Below are positions 58,093-64,000 of a stretch of 64,000 nucleotides of DNA, one piece after another. Numbering within the stretch: position 1 is the stretch's first letter; every line of letters starts with the position of its first letter. The notes beneath the pieces are model-generated. The model saw only the letters and a program-made list of their open reading frames with translations. It did not search any database and was not told the origin of the DNA. Both the position numbers and the translations under genes were made by a program. Source of the DNA: Fluviicola sp. (lineage in GTDB: Bacteria > Bacteroidota > Bacteroidia > Flavobacteriales_D > Crocinitomicaceae); contig JAGOAZ010000003.1 of NCBI GenBank assembly GCA_017983675.1, positions 34,719 through 98,718 of the forward strand, given 5' to 3'.

Positions 58093-59310
58093 ATGCAAAA
58101 GGAAATATATTTTGAACAAAATATTCAAACAGGCAGAGAAGCCTTAATAGAAAACATTAAATTAGTGCTTTACAACAAAACCCCTTCAATTTTTGAACTC
58201 TTGGATTTTGAAAACGACAAAATTTACACTGATTCGTTTGTGTTTGCTGCTCTAAATTCAAAACAAAAGGTAGAAGTAATGGATGTTTTGTGGGGATATA
58301 AGTCAACTTTTTTGCAAGAACAACCAGTTCATTTAGTTACTGACGAAATTGGTAGAATTTACTTGCCAAATTTAGGATATTTCAACACGGATAAAATATT
58401 AACTCCGTTAGACATATCGTTCAAATCTGAATCTTATGTTTTAAAAGACGAGAAGCAACAAGAAGTAAATTTTTCATTCGAGCCACCTTTGTTAATTCAT
58501 GGTCTATTTGAAGTTATAAAACATCCTCATAATTTACTCTACGAACATTTTTTTAAATCTGAAGGAGATCTTGTAACAGTAGAAGTCTCAGAGATAACAC
58601 AAAGGCATTTGGAACATGTAACCCTTGCATTTGACCATATAAGAGATTATTCTTATGAATTTTATGTAATGTTAAAGATTTGTTTGAGAAATATTATGAT
58701 TTTTAAATCTAATGCCTATGAATTTATGAACACTGAAGTTGTTGATAGAAATTCGTTTGCAACGCTGTCTGTTCACGGTTGTGCCTTTTTTAATGCTTTC
58801 CAGGATGAATATAACGAAGTTTTTTTCATTGAAGATATTGCCCATCAAGGTGGACACGTGATTTTCAATACTTTTTTAGCTGCAAAACCTGATATTTTTA
58901 AGATTGATCAACATGTAAATATCGCATCGCAAGAGGAAGTTGAATTTTATGAAGAGGAAAGAAGTTTATTTGTTGTTATGCACGCAATGTTTACGTATGA
59001 TTCAATAATTACCTGCTTAAGTAATTGTATAGATAACAAGGTGTTTGAAGGTCATAAATTGCACGAATTGTTAGGGAGACTTGCTTTTAATTGTTATAAA
59101 TTCGGTCAAGATTTTGAATTGTTGTCTCAATTGGATAATGAAGGAAATAGTATCTTTTTTAAAGATGAGGGAAAATTATTACTCACCCAGTTTTTAGAAA
59201 CGTATAAAGGTGTATTATTGAAACATAGAAAATTAATTCAACCCCTTAATTTAAGCAATCAACCGTACAACTTTTCTTACAAAATTTTTCTAAAGAATAA
59301 TCCAATATAA
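58093..59310 (+). CDS. aKG-HExxH-like peptide-modifying enzyme with HQGGH variant motif
   Basis: NSFATLSVHGCAFF, EDIAHQGGHVIF (58843-58857) and downstream VMHAMFTY (His at 58981) are spaced as in HExxH-domain proteins; no signal peptide. Confidence 0.62.
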   Translation: MQKEIYFEQNIQTGREALIENIKLVLYNKTPSIFELLDFENDKIYTDSFVFAALNSKQKVEVMDVLWGYKSTFLQEQPVHLVTDEIGRIYLPNLGYFNTDKILTPLDISFKSESYVLKDEKQQEVNFSFEPPLLIHGLFEVIKHPHNLLYEHFFKSEGDLVTVEVSEITQRHLEHVTLAFDHIRDYSYEFYVMLKICLRNIMIFKSNAYEFMNTEVVDRNSFATLSVHGCAFFNAFQDEYNEVFFIEDIAHQGGHVIFNTFLAAKPDIFKIDQHVNIASQEEVEFYEEERSLFVVMHAMFTYDSIITCLSNCIDNKVFEGHKLHELLGRLAFNCYKFGQDFELLSQLDNEGNSIFFKDEGKLLLTQFLETYKGVLLKHRKLIQPLNLSNQPYNFSYKIFLKNNPI

Positions 59311-59311
59311 A

Positions 59312-59761
59312 ATGAAAAAAACAATTTTATTTTTTTTATTGCTCTTACTAAATAGAACAGGCAATAGTCAAGTTAATGATTTCAAACTTTGTGGAGATCA
59401 AAAAACGTACCCCTATTATTATCCCGAATTAATTTATAAAGGTGGATTTTATGAAGTAAAATCTCAAATTTTAATCAAATTGAATCAAACTTTTTTAAAT
59501 AATAATATTAATGGAATTATAACTATTCAATTTCATGTAAACTGTGAAGGACAGACAGGTAATTTTAATGTAAAACAAACAGATTTGGATTATAATGATA
59601 CAGTATTAGATGAAAAATTGTCTCAAGATTTATTAGAAATTGTTAAAAATCTAAATGGTTGGATTCCAGCCAAAAATGAAAACGGAGAGATTGTTAATAG
59701 TCATAAATTTCTTTCTTTCCGTATCGAAAACGGTGTTTTAACAGAAATTCTCCCAAAATAG
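59312..59761 (+). CDS. Exported TonB C-terminal-like domain protein
   Basis: Signal peptide; GIITIQFHVNCEGQTGNF...LNGWIPAK...FRIENG pattern of energy-transducer TonB_C-like domains. Confidence 0.55.
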   Translation: MKKTILFFLLLLLNRTGNSQVNDFKLCGDQKTYPYYYPELIYKGGFYEVKSQILIKLNQTFLNNNINGIITIQFHVNCEGQTGNFNVKQTDLDYNDTVLDEKLSQDLLEIVKNLNGWIPAKNENGEIVNSHKFLSFRIENGVLTEILPK

Positions 59762-59767
59762 TATTTT

Positions 59768-60640
59768 ATGAATAAACTAAAAATAATTGTCATTTGTTGT
59801 TGTTTTTTAAACAGTATTGATTGTTTGTCACAGGAAAAAACAAAAATTGTTTTATCACAAGAAGAACAAAATTTTGTTAATTCCCATAAAGATAGTATTC
59901 CCATTGAAAATCCATACGGTCTTATCAGTATTGGCTATCAAGACATATATATGGGGAATAATTTGCGAGGAAATAAAATTATGGCTTTGGGGCTAGAAAG
60001 GATAAAAAAAAAGGATTATGAATTATTACATGAGTTATCTGTACAAAACACAAAAAACGGAAATTATTCAATCGCATATGATTATCTGAAAGAAGCAGCA
60101 AATTTGAATCCAGAAGTTTATGGTTATTTTGGTTGGGTCATGCTTTATTATTACAGGGATTACAAAAGAGCTTTGAATTATTTGACCATCTATGACTCAT
60201 TAACTCCAAATTTTAGTGATTTTCCTGCAGGTGAAAACCTTTATATGCTAAAAGGATTAAGTTACCTCATGCAAAAGGATTATGAAAATGCAATTTTAGA
60301 ATTTTCAAAATACATTAAGGAAACTACAATTACAATTGGTGAAAAATGGGTAGATGTAAGTACGTTTTATTATATGGGAATAGCAATGTTAAATTCTGGA
60401 AATGACAAAGCGGCTATCAACTATTTTAATTTGGCTATAAAATATAATCCACACTTTTTAGAAGCCTTTTATGAAAGAGGAAAATGTTTTAACAGATTAG
60501 GAAAAAAGAAAAAAGGACTAAAAAACTTTCAAATTGCGAAACAATTATTTATTCAGGGTTATCAAAAAACAGATGTTTATGTTGAAATATTTTACCCTGT
60601 TTATTTACAAGATATAGTCAAGGAAATTGCGAAGTATTAA
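59768..60640 (+). CDS. Exported tetratricopeptide repeat protein
   Basis: Signal peptide; YENAILEFSKYI, AAINYFNLAIKYNPHFLEAFYERG TPR units. Confidence 0.8.
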   Translation: MNKLKIIVICCCFLNSIDCLSQEKTKIVLSQEEQNFVNSHKDSIPIENPYGLISIGYQDIYMGNNLRGNKIMALGLERIKKKDYELLHELSVQNTKNGNYSIAYDYLKEAANLNPEVYGYFGWVMLYYYRDYKRALNYLTIYDSLTPNFSDFPAGENLYMLKGLSYLMQKDYENAILEFSKYIKETTITIGEKWVDVSTFYYMGIAMLNSGNDKAAINYFNLAIKYNPHFLEAFYERGKCFNRLGKKKKGLKNFQIAKQLFIQGYQKTDVYVEIFYPVYLQDIVKEIAKY

Positions 60641-60643
60641 AAA

Positions 60644-62833
60644 ATGAAAAAATTCCCATTCTACAAACAACCTGACGCAATGGATTGCGGCCCAACCTGC
60701 CTTCGCATGGTCGCTAAGTACCATGGCCGATCTATTTCCTTGCAAAAACTGCGCTTCAACTCAGAAACAACGAGAGCTGGCAGTAGTCTAAAAGGCATCA
60801 GCGAGGCGGCGGAAAACATCGGGTTTCGGACTTTGGGTGTTAAGGTAGATTTTATCAATTTGACAGAAAATGCACCTTTACCTTGTATAGTTTTTTGGAA
60901 TGAAAAGCATTTCGTTGTTGTTTATAAAATTAAAAAAGACAAAATATATATTTCAGACCCAGCACATGGTTTATTGGTCTACTCCAAACAAGAATTTATA
61001 GATAACTGGATAGGATCAACAGCCAATGAATTAACCCAAGAAGGGATAGCTTTGCTATTAGAACCGACACCCAAACTCAAGGAGACAGAAGAAGACGATA
61101 AAGCACCAAAAGAAGGTTTTTCTTTTCTGTTTTCGTATGTGAAAGGTCACCGAAAATTGATGGTACAGTTGGGGCTTGGTTTATTGGTAGTTAGTATCTT
61201 ACAACTTATTTTTCCATTCTTGACCCAAAGTGTGGTCGACATCGGTATCCAAAACAAAGACATGAGTTTTTTGTATTTGGTACTCGTTGGGCAATTATTT
61301 GTTTTTTTGGGTAGAACGTTTGTAGAAATTATTCGGGGTTGGATATTGCTTCACATGAGCGCACGTATCAATATTGCTCTGGTTTCCGATTTTCTCATTA
61401 AACTGATGAAATTGCCTTTGTCTTTCTTCGACATAAAAATGACAGGCGATATTTTGCAACGCATACAAGACCATCAACGTATTGAGAATCTTTTGACCAG
61501 TCAATCGCTCAATGTGTTGTTTTCGGCAATCAATTTTATTGTTTTCGGTATCGTTTTGTCCATATACAACATTCCAGTTTTTTTGGTCTTTTTAGCTGGA
61601 ACAGTTCTTTACTTTGTCTGGGTTAGTTTTTTCTTGAAAAAGCGAAAAGATTTAGATCACAAACGCTTCTTCCAAATGCGAGATGAGCAATCCAAAGTAT
61701 TGGAATTGATAGCGGGCATGCAAGAGATAAAACTACACAATGCTGAACGAAGCAAACGTTGGAATTGGGAACATATCCAAGTCAAATTGTTCAAGATTCA
61801 ACTTTCTAGCTTGCGCTTGGAACAATTGCAGACCAATGGCGCCAATTTCATCAACGAATTAAAAAACATCATTATCAGTTTTTTAACCGCTAAATTGGTT
61901 ATCGAAGGTCAATTAACCTTAGGAATGATGCTTTCAGTTTCCTATATCATTGGACAGTTAAATGCTCCTATTGCTCAATTTTTAGGATTCATTTACTCTT
62001 TGCAAGACGCAAAAATATCGTTGGAACGATTAGCAGAAATTCATAACAAAGAAGACGAAGAACCGATGCCAGAAAATTTAGCACATGAATTACCTGAAAA
62101 TAAGACGCTTACATTAGATCGTGTAAGTTTTCGGTACACAGGGTCTGCATCCAACGTACTAGAAAATATTTCATTGACCATTCCAGAAAACAAAATAACG
62201 GCTATTGTTGGAGCAAGTGGGAGCGGAAAAACTACTTTAATGAAACTATTACTCCGTTTTTATGAACCTACAGAAGGAAAATTAAAAATCGGCGAAAGTG
62301 AATTGAACAGCATTCGTCAATATACGTGGCGTGCGCATTGTGGCTCTGTCATGCAAGATGGCTTTTTGTTCAGCGATACTATTGCAAATAATATTGCTGT
62401 TGCAGATGAATATATAGATAAAACAAAACTAAAGAAAGCAGCACACATTGCTAATATTCGAGATTTTGTGGATAGTTTACCACTCAATTTCAATACAAAG
62501 ATTGGCTCAGACGGAATGGGAATAAGTGGAGGTCAAAAACAGCGGATTTTGATAGCACGTGCAGTGTATAAAACCCCTGATTTTTTATTTTTTGATGAAG
62601 CAACGAGTGCTTTAGATGCCAACAACGAAAAAGTAATTATGGAGAATTTGAATGACTTTTTTCAAGGAAGAACAGCTGTTGTGATTGCTCATCGATTAAG
62701 TACTGTAAAAAATGCGGATCAAATTATTGTGTTGGATCATGGAAAAATTATTGAACAAGGCACGCATATTGAGTTAATTGAGTTGAAAGGTAGTTATTTT
62801 CATTTGGTAAAGAATCAGTTGGAGTTGAATTAA
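60644..62833 (+). CDS. Peptidase C39-containing ABC transporter (PCAT, leader-cleaving exporter)
   Basis: QPDAMDCGPTCL (catalytic Cys), WNEKHFVV (His), SDPA (Asp); TM domain; GASGSGKTT, ISGGQKQR, FFDEATSALD. Confidence 0.96.
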   Translation: MKKFPFYKQPDAMDCGPTCLRMVAKYHGRSISLQKLRFNSETTRAGSSLKGISEAAENIGFRTLGVKVDFINLTENAPLPCIVFWNEKHFVVVYKIKKDKIYISDPAHGLLVYSKQEFIDNWIGSTANELTQEGIALLLEPTPKLKETEEDDKAPKEGFSFLFSYVKGHRKLMVQLGLGLLVVSILQLIFPFLTQSVVDIGIQNKDMSFLYLVLVGQLFVFLGRTFVEIIRGWILLHMSARINIALVSDFLIKLMKLPLSFFDIKMTGDILQRIQDHQRIENLLTSQSLNVLFSAINFIVFGIVLSIYNIPVFLVFLAGTVLYFVWVSFFLKKRKDLDHKRFFQMRDEQSKVLELIAGMQEIKLHNAERSKRWNWEHIQVKLFKIQLSSLRLEQLQTNGANFINELKNIIISFLTAKLVIEGQLTLGMMLSVSYIIGQLNAPIAQFLGFIYSLQDAKISLERLAEIHNKEDEEPMPENLAHELPENKTLTLDRVSFRYTGSASNVLENISLTIPENKITAIVGASGSGKTTLMKLLLRFYEPTEGKLKIGESELNSIRQYTWRAHCGSVMQDGFLFSDTIANNIAVADEYIDKTKLKKAAHIANIRDFVDSLPLNFNTKIGSDGMGISGGQKQRILIARAVYKTPDFLFFDEATSALDANNEKVIMENLNDFFQGRTAVVIAHRLSTVKNADQIIVLDHGKIIEQGTHIELIELKGSYFHLVKNQLELN

Positions 62834-62885
62834 AGAAAAAATAAATTGCAGATGATGAAATCTGTCCTCAGAAATTAAAAATAAC

Positions 62886-64000
62886 ATGCAAGAAATTAAA
62901 GACATTGATATATCACTTAAAAGCGAACCAATGAATGAAATGCTTTCGCATCCACCTTCATGGATAGTTCGTTCTGGAAATTCTATATTTTTCTTAATCA
63001 TTTTTTTAATGCTTACACTTTCATGGATAATAAAATACCCAGATGAAATCAATGGCAATGCTTTAGTAACAACAAAACAACCACCAATTGAAATTGTCAA
63101 TCAATCGTATGCACAACTCATTGCAATTAATGTAAAATCGGAACAAAAAGTAAAAAAAGGACAGTTATTGATTCAATTTGATAACAAAGCAGCTAAAAAA
63201 GACATTGAATTTATTACAACATATTTATCAGAATTAAAATTAGAAGAAAGCAAACAAATTCCAACAGAATCTAAGTTGTTACAATTAGGTACATTTCAAG
63301 ATTCATGGATCAATTTACAAACAAAAATAAATGAATGGAATACAAACTTATCTTCTAATTTATTCAATGAACAAATCAATTCAATACAACGAGAAATAAT
63401 TTATCGACAACGATTACAAACTATTTCGAGTAGAAAAATCAAACTTTCTGAATCGGAATATAACCTGATTGCTGAAGATTTAAAAGCAAGTCAAAAATTA
63501 CTCGAACAAAATGCAATTTCGAAACAAAATTTGAATCAAGACAAACGCAATGAAACACAAGCAATGCAAAGTGTTCAATCTCAAAAAGAACAATATGTTC
63601 AAAATCTGATTCAATTGAATACCCTCAAAAGTCAATTACTCAATTTGAAAATTGAAAATCAAACGAAACTACGTGAATTGAAATCTATGATTGAATCAGC
63701 TGTTTCTAATTTAAAAAGTCAATTATACGATTGGACTAAAAACGCCATTTGGACATCTCCATGTGATGGCAAAGTATTGTTCAATAAAATCTTGCAAAAA
63801 GATAAGTTTTACAAACCAAATGAGGCTTCTATAGTTGTTGTCCCTAATGGAAGTAAATATATTGCTTTTGCAAAAATAACCTCAATCGGAGCAGGGAAAG
63901 TAAAAACTGGACAACAAGTTTTTATTGAATTGGAAGATTTTCCAAAAAATGAATTTGGTATGATTGAAGGCTTTGTTTCAAGTATTACACCAATAGAAAA
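62886..64000 (+). CDS. HlyD family membrane fusion protein (partial, runs off the window)
   Basis: Not in the ORF track because it has no stop. Translates MQEIKDIDISLKSEPMNEMLSHPPSWIVRSGN-TM-KYPDEINGNA...SPCDGKV...GKVKTGQQVFIELEDFPKNEFGMIEG. Confidence 0.92.
   Translation, partial: MQEIKDIDISLKSEPMNEMLSHPPSWIVRSGNSIFFLIIFLMLTLSWIIKYPDEINGNALVTTKQPPIEIVNQSYAQLIAINVKSEQKVKKGQLLIQFDNKAAKKDIEFITTYLSELKLEESKQIPTESKLLQLGTFQDSWINLQTKINEWNTNLSSNLFNEQINSIQREIIYRQRLQTISSRKIKLSESEYNLIAEDLKASQKLLEQNAISKQNLNQDKRNETQAMQSVQSQKEQYVQNLIQLNTLKSQLLNLKIENQTKLRELKSMIESAVSNLKSQLYDWTKNAIWTSPCDGKVLFNKILQKDKFYKPNEASIVVVPNGSKYIAFAKITSIGAGKVKTGQQVFIELEDFPKNEFGMIEGFVSSITPIE

Noticed and set aside
413-63100. Numerous 60-130 aa ORFs overlapping larger genes (e.g. 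5680-6006, 19511-19891, 32219-32527, 52671-52877, 62774-63100)
   Set aside because: Antisense or alternate-frame shadows of well-supported genes, with no motifs

Overview
Bacteroidota (Flavobacteriales/Crocinitomicaceae-like) chromosomal window, judged from gene content, T9SS C-terminal domains and TAnnTTTG promoters. Bases 1-48,880 are mostly core genome: an MBOAT/DHHW/SGNH-LysM O-acetylation operon, hppD-hmgA, glyQS, gpmI, purF, mtaB, cdd, meaB, nbaC, rbfA, purK, hpt-adk-obgE-PAP2-crcB, and four T9SS cargo genes. One cargo gene is split by a 1-nt frameshift and another encodes 2,906 aa. From about 48,960 to the window end lies a markedly AT-rich RiPP (modified peptide) island built from repeat-delimited cassettes. 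It holds three double-glycine precursor peptides, a grasp-with-SPASM maturase pair, an aKG-HExxH-like enzyme with an HQGGH variant motif, periplasmic accessory proteins and one shared C39-peptidase ABC exporter plus HlyD (truncated by the window edge). The most striking unexplained structure is non-coding. Each precursor has a promoter followed by a leader of nearly fixed length (325-326 nt from the -7 box to the ATG). The leader contains a covarying multi-stem RNA, a conserved opposite-strand promoter and (in two copies) an opposite-strand terminator, which together suggest cis-antisense control of peptide expression. No rRNA, tRNA, CRISPR array, integrase or transposase was recognised. All family assignments come from motif recognition by eye, not from database searches.
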